Notes under the pieces: model-generated
The model's database searches: none
Seen by the model: only the letters and a program-made list of their open reading frames with translations
Told to the model about the DNA's origin: nothing
From: an archaeon
GTDB lineage: Archaea; Iainarchaeota; Iainarchaeia; Iainarchaeales; Iainarchaeaceae
Assembly: GCA_038046625.1 (NCBI GenBank)
Contig: JBBSVV010000003.1
Location: 1-64,000, forward strand
DNA length: 64,000 nt
Direction: 5' to 3'
Shown: positions 37,118 to 47,240 of the stretch, one piece after another
Position numbering within the stretch: the first letter of the stretch is position 1
Layout of the letters: each line of letters starts with the position of its first letter
Translations under genes and position numbers: made by a program

Positions 37118-38158
37118 TCACCACTTCATTTTGTATCTCAAAAGCGCCGCTATTCCGCCGATTCCAGCAATTTTTTTCCCCGCCTCGTTTTTTTCGTTCA
37201 CGAAGTGTATTTTCCCGTTTAACCGTTCCACAAGTTCCAGAATTGTTTCCGTTTTTCCGCGGTTTGCGGTCATAAAGTTTTCCTCGACAATTATTTCCTG
37301 TATTGCTCCCGCTTCCGCGGCTTTCTTCACTTCCTCGGGGCCTATTGCCGCGGCGCCGTTTTTTCCGAGTTCTGAAAAAAGTTTTTCAACGACTATTTCC
37401 TCCTGCGCCGATTGGAAGTTCCGGACAAGCGCATCTATTTTGCCGCTTTTGATGAGCTCGTTGAGGCCGGTTATCCCCACAGAATTTGTTGATTCAAAGC
37501 TGGCCGGCAGTTTTACTGATTTGTCCTTGAGGAATTTTTCAAAATTCTGCCTTTCAAATCCCGGGCCCGCAATTACCACTGCATTTGCGCCGAGTTCCGT
37601 GATTTTTTTGAGGAGTTCCTCAAAGTACGGTTTTCCTTTTTCGTTTTGCTGGAACCTCTTGCCTTCCTTGTTTGCGATGATCCTTGCCCTGGTTTCAAAG
37701 CCCGAATCCTTCAGGGAAGCCAGATCAGCGGCTTCGTCATCCATAACAACAATGAGAAGTTTTTTCCTTCCCGCGGTCTCTTTCGCTTTCTCGAGCCTTT
37801 CAATGTGGTAGTTCTTGATGCTTTTTTTCTTTATTTTGAGTGCGGTTCCGGGTTCTGCCTCAATTGTGTGGTGTGATTTCAGTTCCACGAGCTCTTCAGG
37901 CTTTGCCGAAACAACTATGCCCTGTATCCTGAGCTGGTTCGAGGGTTCGTGGAACTCAGCTTTTTCAACTTCTAATTCCACAAACACTTTTTGCTTGAAC
38001 GCCTTTTCCCCTTCAGTTTTCGGCTTGATTTTCCTTTCGGAGCTGCCGCTGACCAGGTCGCCCTTCTCTATGAGCCTCTCCAAATGCCAGAGGTCGTCAA
38101 AAGAGTCAGGCACGACCTCGAAATAATTGTTTTTCCTGTCCACTTTTATTATTTTCAT
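37118..38158 (-). CDS. pelA: Pelota mRNA surveillance factor
   Basis: DDLWHL..GD, HHTI, IAGPGF, GGIAALLRY. Confidence 0.95.
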   Translation of the reverse strand: MKIIKVDRKNNYFEVVPDSFDDLWHLERLIEKGDLVSGSSERKIKPKTEGEKAFKQKVFVELEVEKAEFHEPSNQLRIQGIVVSAKPEELVELKSHHTIEAEPGTALKIKKKSIKNYHIERLEKAKETAGRKKLLIVVMDDEAADLASLKDSGFETRARIIANKEGKRFQQNEKGKPYFEELLKKITELGANAVVIAGPGFERQNFEKFLKDKSVKLPASFESTNSVGITGLNELIKSGKIDALVRNFQSAQEEIVVEKLFSELGKNGAAAIGPEEVKKAAEAGAIQEIIVEENFMTANRGKTETILELVERLNGKIHFVNEKNEAGKKIAGIGGIAALLRYKMKW

Positions 38159-38212
38159 ATTAACAGCAATTGCCTATAAAGTGTTAAAAACACTTGGAAA
38201 TCACTTCATTAC

Positions 38213-38425
38213 ATGACAAGAGTCGCTGTTCTCGAGAAGGACCGTTGCATCACAACAGTTTCGTCTGTTGGGTGCGAGTACTATCTCCTTGTACCCGTAG
38301 GGTACGAGGCCTCGCAGAATCTTCTGATTCTGCAAGGTCGCTTGGGCTCGATAGTAAGTTTGGTTATGGGTGTGAGGCACGATACTTCGCAGTTGACCTG
38401 CTTTGCGTTTGGTGATGTGAAATGA
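38213..38425 (+). pseudogene. Orphan 5' stub of rli (13 codons) fused in frame to repeat-derived sequence
   Basis: MTRVAVLEKDRCI identical in aa to rli start, 5 synonymous differences in 39 nt. Confidence 0.85.
38252..38355 (+). repeat. Repeat family A copy with nested family C unit (38287-38337)
   Basis: acaacagtttcgtctgttgggtgcgagt-actatc..[cctt..aagg]..ttgggctc-gatagt. Confidence 0.88.
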
Positions 38426-40200
38426 CTCGAGTAGCTGTTCTGGAAAAGGACCGTTGCATCAATGGCACGGGCTGTGATTACATATGCGGCCACGTGTGTC
38501 CAGTGAACCGCGCGGGAAAGGACTGCATTGTTCTAGATGAGGTTACAAACAAGCCCGTCATCAGCGAGGAGTTATGCATCGGCTGCAACATATGCGTAAT
38601 TAAATGCCCCGTGGATTGCATTTACATCGAGAACCTTGTCCAGGAACTGAACGAGAATCCTGTGCATCGCTTCGGCGAGAACGCGTTCAGGTTCTACAGG
38701 CTCCCCACAATAAGGAACGGAGAAGTAGTTGGGTTGATTGGCAGGAACGGAATAGGAAAAAGCACTATCCTGAAAATAATTTCTGGCCAGCTGGTTCCAA
38801 ATTTGGGGGATTACAATTCAAAAGGCTCTTACGATTCGGTGATAAATTTTTTCAAGGGGAAGGAATTGCAGCGGCTTTTTTCCTCGCTGAAAGACAAGCG
38901 GATAAAGGTTTCTTACAAGCCGCAGAACATAACTGATTTGCCCAAGGCGGCGAAAGGCACTGTGCGCGAACTCCTGAAAAAAACCGATGAGCGCAAAAAA
39001 CTTTCCGAGGTTTCGGAGTTGCTGGGCCTCGGAAAAATTTTGGACAGGGAACTCTCGCACTTGAGCGGAGGAGAATTGCAAAGGGTTGCGATTGCCGCGG
39101 CCTCATTGAAGGATGCTGATTTGTATGCTTTTGATGAGCCAACTTCTTATTTGGATGTGAGGGAGCGCCTCAATGCCTCCAAGGTTTTGCGCGGTCTTGC
39201 GGAATCCGGAAAGGCGGTTGTTTTGATTGAGCATGACCTCGCGGTTCTTGATTACTTGAGCGATTATGTGCACCTTCTTTACGGAAAAAAATCGGTTTAC
39301 GGAATAGTTTCAAAGCCGAAGAGCGTTCGCAATGGCATTAACGAGTTTTTGGAGGGCTTTGTGAAGGATGAGAATGTTCGGTTCAGGAGCACAGAGCTGA
39401 AATTTGAGGTCAAGCCTTCCACGGATTTCAGGAAAAAGAAAGTTATTGCTAGCTACCCGGAACTCAAAAAGTCCTTCAAGGGATTTTCCCTCGAGGCTGA
39501 GGCGGGGGATTTGCGCGAGGCCGAGGTTCTGGGAATAATGGGCCCCAATGCAATAGGCAAAACGACTTTCGTGAAGATGCTTGCCTCCGTTGAGAAGCCA
39601 GATTCAGGGAAGATTGATTTTTCCATGCATGTTTCCTACAAGCCACAGTACCTTGTGCCTGAAAAGGGCGTTACTGTTGGTGATTTTATTGATTCTCAGG
39701 ACCTTGATCTCTCGGTTTTCAAGAATGAGGTTGACCGAAGGTTGGCAATTACAGAGCTGGAAAATCACTTGCTTGAGGAATTGAGTGGCGGCGAGCTCCA
39801 GAAGATTGCTGTCGGAGTGGCGCTTTCGCGCACGAATTGCGAGCTCGTTCTTTTGGATGAACCAACCGCTTTTGTTGATGTTGAAGATAGGCTGAACATG
39901 GCTGATGCAATCCGTTCCGTAACAGATGCGAAAAAGAAGATTTGCATGGTTGTTGACCACGACATTTTGTTCCAGGATTATGTTTCTGACAGGTTGATGG
40001 TTTTTTCTGGCGAGCCCTCCGTGAAGGGCTTTGCGGGCGCCGCAATGTCAATGCATGACGGGATGAATTCTTTCCTCAAATCGGTTGGAATTTCTTTCAG
40101 GCGCGACCCGGAAAGTGGAAGGCCGCGTGCAAACAAGTTGCATTCGCAGCTCGACCAGGCGCAGAAGAAGAAAGGTGAGTATTACTATCTCGTGGATTGA
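38422..40200 (+). CDS. rli: ABCE1/RLI ribosome recycling ATPase
   Basis: Fe-S cysteines (CIGCNICVIKCP), two NBDs with LSGGELQ, RRDPESGRPRANK. Confidence 0.97.
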   Translation: MTRVAVLEKDRCINGTGCDYICGHVCPVNRAGKDCIVLDEVTNKPVISEELCIGCNICVIKCPVDCIYIENLVQELNENPVHRFGENAFRFYRLPTIRNGEVVGLIGRNGIGKSTILKIISGQLVPNLGDYNSKGSYDSVINFFKGKELQRLFSSLKDKRIKVSYKPQNITDLPKAAKGTVRELLKKTDERKKLSEVSELLGLGKILDRELSHLSGGELQRVAIAAASLKDADLYAFDEPTSYLDVRERLNASKVLRGLAESGKAVVLIEHDLAVLDYLSDYVHLLYGKKSVYGIVSKPKSVRNGINEFLEGFVKDENVRFRSTELKFEVKPSTDFRKKKVIASYPELKKSFKGFSLEAEAGDLREAEVLGIMGPNAIGKTTFVKMLASVEKPDSGKIDFSMHVSYKPQYLVPEKGVTVGDFIDSQDLDLSVFKNEVDRRLAITELENHLLEELSGGELQKIAVGVALSRTNCELVLLDEPTAFVDVEDRLNMADAIRSVTDAKKKICMVVDHDILFQDYVSDRLMVFSGEPSVKGFAGAAMSMHDGMNSFLKSVGISFRRDPESGRPRANKLHSQLDQAQKKKGEYYYLVD

Positions 40201-40252
40201 ATTTTTTCTGTTTTGCTTCAGCATTTAAACCTTTCAATGGACAATCACTTTT

Positions 40253-41671
40253 ATGTGCTCAATTGCAGGAGTTTATTCTAGGAAGGGCAAAAGCGTTTCC
40301 AAAGAGGCTTTAACTCTTCTTTCGGCTTTGAGGCACCGGGGCCCGGAAGCCTTTGGCGTTGCTTCTTCCAAGGGGGCTTTTACCTCGAAAAATTTTTCTT
40401 CGCTCACAATTCCTGAAAGCCCCTTCATTCTTGGGCATTGCCTCCTTTCCACAACAGGCTATTTGGAGCAGCCCGTCACTGTGGGAAATGTTTCAGTTGC
40501 CCACAATGGTCAGGTTTACAATTACCGGGAATTGTTTCCTGAAAACAAATTTGCATCAGATGCGGAGGCTATCGCGCTTTTCCTGGTGAGGGCTCTTCGC
40601 AAAAAAAGCGTTTTGTTTGCGGTAAAGGAGTTCATGCGCAAAGCTATCGGCGAGTATGCCATTGCATTCCTTTACAGGGGAAAATTGTATGCGTTCCGCG
40701 ATTTTATCGGGGTTAAGCCGCTCTGGTTTGGCTCGAATGAGTCCGTTCATGCTTTTGCTTCCGAGCCTTCCGCATTGATGAAGATTGACATCCAGTTTCC
40801 ACAGCCTTTGCTTCCGGGTCATTTGCTTGTTGTTTCGCAGAAGGGCACAAGAACCTCGAAGGTTTTTGATTTGAGCGATTTCAGGAAAAGCGTGCCCCAC
40901 AATTTTTCGCAGGAGCGCCTTGCTTCCGAATTTGACAGAACAATAAAGCTCCAGACTGCCGGAATAAGCAGGGCTGCTGTTCTGTTCAGCGGCGGCGTTG
41001 ATTCTTCTCTCATTGCAAAGGCTGTTTCGAATGAACTCGAAAGAACCGAATTGTTTGTTGCTGGCACTCCTGAGAGCAATGATATTTCTTTTGCGGAGAG
41101 GGTTGCTCCAGAGCTCGGACTTCAGCTGCATAAAATTTACCTTGACGAGAAAAAAATCGAGTCGCTTGCTTTCCGCGCAATGAAAGCGCTTTCCTTTTTC
41201 GACGAGATGCAGCTTGGAATTGGTATTCCTGAGCTGGCTTGTTCAGAGGCCATAATGAAAAAGGGTTTTAAGGCCGTGTTTTCCGGGCAGGGCAGTGACG
41301 AGATTTTTGCGGGCTACATGAATTATGCGCGTATCCTCGCCGAGAAGGATTTCAAAGCGGTTGATGATGAAATCTGGTTTTTGCTTTCCAGGATGTGGAG
41401 CAGGAATTTTTTCAGGGATGATGCCATGGTTTCCGCAAATTCGCTTGAATTGCGCGTTCCTTTCGTTTCAACTAATTTTTTGTGCGAGGCAATGGCTTTT
41501 CCCGCGAAGGAAAAAATCTTGGCTCCTGATGATAAATTGAGGAAGCATCCTGTAAGGGCTTTGGCTGTGAAATATGGGCTGCCTGAATTCGTTACGCTGA
41601 GGCCGAAGAAGGCGATGCAGTACGGTTCCGGCGTGCAAAAAATAGTTTCAAGGCTCTTCCAAAAAACTTAG
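40253..41671 (+). CDS. asnB: Asparagine synthetase (glutamine-hydrolysing) family
   Basis: MCSIAG Ntn Cys, HRGP, HNG, RDFIGVKPL, SGGVDSS, SGQGSDEIFAGY. Confidence 0.88.
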   Translation: MCSIAGVYSRKGKSVSKEALTLLSALRHRGPEAFGVASSKGAFTSKNFSSLTIPESPFILGHCLLSTTGYLEQPVTVGNVSVAHNGQVYNYRELFPENKFASDAEAIALFLVRALRKKSVLFAVKEFMRKAIGEYAIAFLYRGKLYAFRDFIGVKPLWFGSNESVHAFASEPSALMKIDIQFPQPLLPGHLLVVSQKGTRTSKVFDLSDFRKSVPHNFSQERLASEFDRTIKLQTAGISRAAVLFSGGVDSSLIAKAVSNELERTELFVAGTPESNDISFAERVAPELGLQLHKIYLDEKKIESLAFRAMKALSFFDEMQLGIGIPELACSEAIMKKGFKAVFSGQGSDEIFAGYMNYARILAEKDFKAVDDEIWFLLSRMWSRNFFRDDAMVSANSLELRVPFVSTNFLCEAMAFPAKEKILAPDDKLRKHPVRALAVKYGLPEFVTLRPKKAMQYGSGVQKIVSRLFQKT

Positions 41672-42183
41672 GTGCAGGAGTAGCTTGGCTGCTCCGTGCA
41701 TCCGGAGATTCCGTCTCTTACGCTGCAACTCGGTGGAGAGCCTGAACTTAGTGCTTCCTTTTGGAAGCTGAACTGCCTTGTTTCCTTAACCATTACTCCG
41801 TTTATTCCTGTGGTGCATTGGACATATCCTTGTGCGGTTAGTTGTCCCTGGTTAAAACTTGGGTTGCTTGTGTTTCCTGAGGCATCAACGAACGTGCAGC
41901 CCATATTTCCTGCAATTGAATTGAAATATTCTTGCACCTTCGCTGTGCTGTTTGGGTTGCATGCTGGGTTCAGCACGTCATAATATCCGTCGCTTGTCGC
42001 CTTGTCAAGCAGCCTTATCACGTTGTCCGTTTTTATCGCGTTTTCGCGCGCCGCCTGCATTGTGAGGAATGAATTTCCTGAGCTCTCGGATATTATGGCG
42101 TTGCTTAGCGCGAAAATAACCAGTGCTATCGCTGCGGTAGCTATTATTGCGGTTGCTGTCCCCTTTACCCCAATTTTTCGCAT
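41668..42183 (-). CDS. Putative minor pilin
   Basis: MRKIGVKG then hydrophobic helix; last gene of pilin run. Confidence 0.65.
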   Translation of the reverse strand: MRKIGVKGTATAIIATAAIALVIFALSNAIISESSGNSFLTMQAARENAIKTDNVIRLLDKATSDGYYDVLNPACNPNSTAKVQEYFNSIAGNMGCTFVDASGNTSNPSFNQGQLTAQGYVQCTTGINGVMVKETRQFSFQKEALSSGSPPSCSVRDGISGCTEQPSYSCT

Positions 42184-42461
42184 TTCTTCACCCCGTCAGC
42201 CAGTGCCCCGTTGTTGCCGTATTTTTTTATTTCACTGCAGTTTGCCTTCAAGGCTTCCGGAGGCGTAGTGTCGGCACCTGTGTCATTCTGGTAGAACGCC
42301 ACCAGTGCCTTGTCTGATGCTTTCGTGTAAAGTATGGCCTGCTGCGTTCCTTCTTTTGAGCCCCCGAGGGACGTGAGTGTGATTGCGGAGAACAGCACTA
42401 TCGTGATTGAGAGCGCGAGCGCCGCATCGGTGCTGAATATTATTCCCTTTTTCATTTCCAT
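42165..42461 (-). CDS. Putative minor pilin
   Basis: MKKG-IIFSTDAALAL. Confidence 0.75.
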   Translation of the reverse strand: MEMKKGIIFSTDAALALSITIVLFSAITLTSLGGSKEGTQQAILYTKASDKALVAFYQNDTGADTTPPEALKANCSEIKKYGNNGALADGVKKCEKLG

Positions 42462-42976
42462 ATTGCCACCTGTAAAACTTTTTTTGCTGGGCAGATTGCA
42501 GGGTTCCCGTTCACGCATTTTTCGTATGTTGTTTTGTCTATTGTTCCGCCTGCGGGGCTGACGAAGTTCCTTTGAATGCTCGTGACATCCTGTTCCCCGG
42601 CTGCCTGGCTGCATTGCCCCATTTGCAGGCTGTTCGAGCCGTCCGGATCGGAAGACCTCACATTGCAGTTTATTCCTTCAGGAATCATCAGGTCTTGTTT
42701 TGTGGCGCCTTGAATGGCGGTGTTGGCATTTGAGCAGCCTTCAAGGCTGTAGCCTTGTGTTTCAAAACCTGTGGGTGTGCACGGCGAATTTTCAAGTGCC
42801 AGGTTGCTTGCCGTGAGTGCTATTGCGTTGAGTTCCGCCTGCACGGAATTTTCTTTTGCCTCGTTGCTTGAGTAATCATAGAAATTCAGGAGCATCCCCA
42901 TTGCCAGCACTATCAGCGCCGCGGCTATAACAAAGTCAATGGAAAATATTTGCCCTTTTTCTTTTCCAGATTTCAT
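42452..42976 (-). CDS. Putative minor pilin
   Basis: KGQ-IFSIDFVIA. Confidence 0.8.
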   Translation of the reverse strand: MKSGKEKGQIFSIDFVIAAALIVLAMGMLLNFYDYSSNEAKENSVQAELNAIALTASNLALENSPCTPTGFETQGYSLEGCSNANTAIQGATKQDLMIPEGINCNVRSSDPDGSNSLQMGQCSQAAGEQDVTSIQRNFVSPAGGTIDKTTYEKCVNGNPAICPAKKVLQVAIWK

Positions 42977-43398
42977 GGCGTTATTACCTTTTGTATTGTC
43001 ACTGTGCTGCCGCAACTGAATGAAGCGGGCAGGTTCATTTCGTTTATTTGCATGTCACTGAGACCCAAACCGGAGTACATCTCCTGAATCGTGCTGCCGT
43101 CCGGCCGTACCGAGCTTGCAGTTATTGAAGTTTGTGTCACTGTTATGGTGCAGTTCTGCGGGTTCTTGTTTCCCGCGTTTTTGATTGTGGGCGAGGCGTA
43201 GGTTATTTCCTGTCCAAATGCTTTTGCCGCGCCGATTGTGGCGTATGCATCAATGAGTATTGCCTTGAGGCTGTTTCTTGTCGTTGCTTCGCCTGTTTTT
43301 TCCTGGAAACCGCCAGTAAACACAAGGAGGCCCGCAAAAAGCATGAGTATCGCAATGAACGCAAACATCAAATCCAGACTAACCTGCCCTTTCCGCAT
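42973..43398 (-). CDS. Putative minor pilin
   Basis: MRKGQ-VSLDLMFA. Confidence 0.8.
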   Translation of the reverse strand: MRKGQVSLDLMFAFIAILMLFAGLLVFTGGFQEKTGEATTRNSLKAILIDAYATIGAAKAFGQEITYASPTIKNAGNKNPQNCTITVTQTSITASSVRPDGSTIQEMYSGLGLSDMQINEMNLPASFSCGSTVTIQKVITP

Positions 43399-43436
43399 CC
43401 ATTCATTAAGCATTTTACATGTTATTAAAATTAGCG

Positions 43437-44951
43437 TTAAAATAACGGCTTGCCCGTCATTTCCCTGGGTTTTGCGATGCCCATTATTTTGAGTATTGTT
43501 GGCGCGACATCAATGAGCTGGCCTTTCCTGAGTTTGGCTTTTGAAAGGCTCTTCTCATTTGAAACAAGGATAAGCGGAACAGGGTTTGTAGTGTGGCTGG
43601 CTTTCGGCTTTCCGTCCGGGTATTTTGTTTCCTCCGCATTCCCGTGGTCCGATGTGATTATTAGCGTATAATTGTTTTTTTTCGCTGCCTTAGCAACCCT
43701 TCCGAGGCATTCATCCACTTTTTCAACGGCCCTGACTATTGCCTTGTGGTTTGAGGAATGCCCGACCAAATCCGCATTGGCGAAATTTATTAGCATGAAT
43801 CCGTATTTGTTTTTCGCGATTTGTTTCACCGCGTTCTGCGTGATTCCTTCGGCCGACATTTCTGGCGTCTTGTCGTACGAATCGACTTTTTCCGAAGGCA
43901 CCATGATTCTGTCCTCGCCCTTGAATGGCTTTTCCACCTGTGAATTGAAGAAGTAAGTAACGTGCGGGTACTTGTCGGTTTCCGCTATGCGCAGCTGCTT
44001 CATGCCTTTTTTGGAAATGTTTTCCCCGAGGTTGTTGCCCGGCACCACGTCACGGAACAGTATTGGGCAATCAACCTTCTTGTCGTATTTTGTCATTGTT
44101 GCCAAGAACGCTTTAGGCTGTTTTTTCCTTTTGAATCCCGAAAATTTTTTGAGGTGCAGTGCCCTCACTATCTGCCTCATCCTGTCGGTCCTGAAGTTGA
44201 AGTCAATGACAACATCGTTGTCCTCTATAAAGCATTTTTCGCCTATGCTCATTGCCGGCAGGTAATAATCGCTTCTCGCGCCCTTTGAGTAAGCATAATG
44301 TATCGCCTTTTGCGTTGTCGGGAAATTTTTTCCTTCTCCTTCCGTTATCAAATAATAGAATTTTTGCGTGCGGTTCCAGTTGTTGTCCCTGTCCATTGCG
44401 TAGAACCTTCCGCAGATGCCCGCAACCCTTCCGCCGTATTTTTTGCACCACCCATTGATTTGTTCCGCGTATTTTTCCGCGGTTTTTATTCCCACGTCGC
44501 GGCCGTCTGCTACAAAATGCAAAACCATTTTTCCGCCGAGTTTTTTGGAGTGCATGAATTCCATTATTGCCCTGAGGTGGTTCACGTGGCTGTGTATTCC
44601 GCCGTCGCTGCACAGGCCGATAAGGTGTATGTGTTTCGCTTTTTTTGCCTTTTCTGCGGCTTTTGCGAGCGTTTTGTTCCTGAAAAAGCTTTTGTCAGCT
44701 ATGGAGTTGTTTATCCTGTCAAGCGGCTGCCGCACTATTCTTCCCGCGCCCATGTGGAGGTGCCCGACTTCGGAGTTTCCCTGGCTTCCTTTCGGCAGGC
44801 CGACGCATTCTCCGCTGGCACAGAGGCTTGTGTGCGGGCAGTTTTTCCACAACGAATCATAATTCGGTTTTTTTGCTTCGGCAATTGCGTTGTATTTTTT
44901 TTCCCTGCGCAGCCCGAAGCCATCAATCACAATCAGAATAAGTTTCTTCAT
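43437..44951 (-). CDS. gpmI: 2,3-BPG-independent phosphoglycerate mutase
   Basis: VIDGFG, GNSEVGH, GRFYAMDRD, NFRTDR, DLVGH, SDHGNAE. Confidence 0.96.
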   Translation of the reverse strand: MKKLILIVIDGFGLRREKKYNAIAEAKKPNYDSLWKNCPHTSLCASGECVGLPKGSQGNSEVGHLHMGAGRIVRQPLDRINNSIADKSFFRNKTLAKAAEKAKKAKHIHLIGLCSDGGIHSHVNHLRAIMEFMHSKKLGGKMVLHFVADGRDVGIKTAEKYAEQINGWCKKYGGRVAGICGRFYAMDRDNNWNRTQKFYYLITEGEGKNFPTTQKAIHYAYSKGARSDYYLPAMSIGEKCFIEDNDVVIDFNFRTDRMRQIVRALHLKKFSGFKRKKQPKAFLATMTKYDKKVDCPILFRDVVPGNNLGENISKKGMKQLRIAETDKYPHVTYFFNSQVEKPFKGEDRIMVPSEKVDSYDKTPEMSAEGITQNAVKQIAKNKYGFMLINFANADLVGHSSNHKAIVRAVEKVDECLGRVAKAAKKNNYTLIITSDHGNAEETKYPDGKPKASHTTNPVPLILVSNEKSLSKAKLRKGQLIDVAPTILKIMGIAKPREMTGKPLF

Positions 44952-45310
44952 TCTATCACTTTGAGCCGGACTGTTTTTCCATTATTATCAAAAGCCCTGA
45001 TTGTATTTAAATCGTAGGGATAGCTGATGATGATGTGCACTTTTCCGAACTTCCTGAACGACTCCAGGTCGGCTTCGGAAGGGTGGTTGTATATTGAGGG
45101 GTGCGAGTGCATTGTCCCTATTATTTCGCGGTCGAAAGGTATCAGGTCTGCGCTGTAGCTTGCAAATCCATCCCCGAAAATTGCGGGCACAACCACGAAC
45201 TCCTCTATTGTGCCACCTTTTTCCCCGAGCAGGCAGAAAAATTCATTAGGGTAAACATTTTTTGATGCCCGGAGAAGCGACTCTATAAGCCCTTTTTTGA
45301 TTGAGCGCAT
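44948..45310 (-). CDS. JAB/MPN+ (JAMM) metalloprotease
   Basis: YPNEF..HSHP..PSEADL. Confidence 0.92.
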   Translation of the reverse strand: MRSIKKGLIESLLRASKNVYPNEFFCLLGEKGGTIEEFVVVPAIFGDGFASYSADLIPFDREIIGTMHSHPSIYNHPSEADLESFRKFGKVHIIISYPYDLNTIRAFDNNGKTVRLKVIE

Positions 45311-45335
45311 CCATGAATTGGTTGCTTCTTTGTCC

Positions 45336-46532
45336 TTAAAAACCGAACCCGCCGTAAATCAGGAGCGTCGGCACAATGAGGAAAGCCATGAAGTTGCTCC
45401 TCCTTATTCCCGCCTTTATTCCCGCGATTGCGATGCATGAGGCGCTCAGCATTGCGACAACACCCCATATTCCTGAAAACCAGAGTGAGAGCAGAAAAAG
45501 AAAAGCAAGTATTGCGGTGCTTGCTTTCGGGTAATTTATTTTCTGCACCGCGTCTATAGACACTTCCGAGATTTTTTGCGCGGCAATTGCCGCGATTCCG
45601 AGCGAGGCAACGGAGGCCGCAACAAGAACCAGGAACGTGTGCAAATCTGTATGCACTATCTGCTTCAGCGCAACCGCCATTCCTGTCCGCGTTTTTTCGA
45701 TTGTGAAGAACGCCACTATGCTAGCAATGAGGTTCCCCGTGTTCACGCCGCCTATTATTGTGAGGTATTCCCTTGAGCTTAATTTCCCCTTCAGTTTTTT
45801 TGCGATGAATGCCGCCTGGCTTGGGCCTATTGCAGGCACAAGTGAAACGAACGCAGAAATCAGTGCTCCGAGTGCCGCTGCGCCCGTTCTTGCCCGCGCC
45901 TTAAGTTTTTTCGCCTGTTCAGGAATGCCATTCTTGTGTGCCATGGCCTCGAGCAGTGAGGGCACTGCAAAGAATCCTGTTACGAGCGGGAGTATGGGGT
46001 TTTGCATTGCCGATGAAAGCACAACAATTCCCAGGATTCCGGAGAGGGCCATTGTTGCGATTGTTTCTTTCCTGTTTTTTTCGCTGAATATCATGCCGAT
46101 TGCAACGAACAGTATTATCGCGGGTATTGCGGTTGAAAAGTACTGCGAGTAATTTGTTATGAGCGAGTACATGAATGGCATGAGGATTATTACGAGCGTT
46201 CCGGTTGCGATGCCGCCGAATATTGTGTGGCCTATTGCTTCCATTGCCTTTCCCTTGAGGAGCATTTTGTGCCCCGGGAGTATTGATTCCGCCATGTCGC
46301 TTGATGGTGCGCCGAAGAGGATGCTTGGGATTGCGTCAAGGAATGAATGCGTTATCGCCATTGAAACAACGAATATTGCGAATCCTGTTGTGCGGTTTTC
46401 CGGAAACGAGAGTGCAACGAGGGCTATTGTGTTTGCGTGTATGCCCGGCGCCAGCCCCGTGAATATCCCAGCAATTGTTCCGGCGAAAAGAAGGGCGAGT
46501 TCCTCAATCAATTTCCTCAACCCTTTTGACAA
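45336..46532 (-). CDS. TctA-like/DUF112 membrane protein
   Basis: GIFTGLAPGIHAN, IPSILFGAP..LPGH. Confidence 0.85.
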   Translation of the reverse strand: MSKGLRKLIEELALLFAGTIAGIFTGLAPGIHANTIALVALSFPENRTTGFAIFVVSMAITHSFLDAIPSILFGAPSSDMAESILPGHKMLLKGKAMEAIGHTIFGGIATGTLVIILMPFMYSLITNYSQYFSTAIPAIILFVAIGMIFSEKNRKETIATMALSGILGIVVLSSAMQNPILPLVTGFFAVPSLLEAMAHKNGIPEQAKKLKARARTGAAALGALISAFVSLVPAIGPSQAAFIAKKLKGKLSSREYLTIIGGVNTGNLIASIVAFFTIEKTRTGMAVALKQIVHTDLHTFLVLVAASVASLGIAAIAAQKISEVSIDAVQKINYPKASTAILAFLFLLSLWFSGIWGVVAMLSASCIAIAGIKAGIRRSNFMAFLIVPTLLIYGGFGF

Positions 46533-46860
46533 TTATTTCAAGTTTCTCGTTGTACCTCGTTATTTGTCCCGTTGCCTTCACCGCGCTCCCGTTTTTGAGA
46601 ATTGAGGCTTGCTCGAGAGTTGGAGAAAAATAGGCCGCGCTTATTATGCCGTTGTTTTCGAGATCGAAGAACGCGTTTCCCGAGCTGATTTTGAGGTTCG
46701 CAATGCTTCCTGACAATGAAACTTTTTCGCCGATTGAGGATTCGTTTATTGCTGCTATTTCAACCTGCCTTTCCTCGGGCAGGAGCAGAATCAGTGCCGT
46801 GATGCCGATTATTGCGAGTATGTACGCGATTTTTTTGGTGTCCGCGAGGTCCAGGTGCAT
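46504..46860 (-). CDS. Membrane-anchored OB-fold protein
   Basis: TM then GEKVSLSG..VKATGQITRYNEKLEI. Confidence 0.75.
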   Translation of the reverse strand: MHLDLADTKKIAYILAIIGITALILLLPEERQVEIAAINESSIGEKVSLSGSIANLKISSGNAFFDLENNGIISAAYFSPTLEQASILKNGSAVKATGQITRYNEKLEIIVKRVEEID

Positions 46861-46906
46861 TATTTAAGGTAAAACAAAAAACAATAAAAATACGTCGATT
46901 GACGAA

Positions 46907-47239
46907 CTATGGGCATTGGGTTCCATTTATAATTAGCTTCTGTATGTTATGCCCGATTTTCGTGGCGCAAATAGTATCCAGGTCGCTTCCGCTTGGATTT
47001 GGCTCTATTTTGAGCTGTATTTTTGTTCCCCCGTCTTCACTGTAATTCAGGTCTTTCACGTAGTATTTGCTGTCCATATCCCCTATTGCATGTATTAGGT
47101 CCTGCCTGTAATTCGCTACGCTGTTGACAGAGCCGCTGACGTCAAAATACTTGAAGACAACCAGCATGGAAATCGCTATCACGAGTGCCGCGATTATCGT
47201 TATTTCGATGCTTGCCTGCGCCCTCGAGTGCGGGTTCAT
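46907..47239 (-). CDS. Class III signal peptide pilin-like protein
   Basis: RAQ-ASIEITII. Confidence 0.8.
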   Translation of the reverse strand: MNPHSRAQASIEITIIAALVIAISMLVVFKYFDVSGSVNSVANYRQDLIHAIGDMDSKYYVKDLNYSEDGGTKIQLKIEPNPSGSDLDTICATKIGHNIQKLIINGTQCP

Positions 47240-47240
47240 T

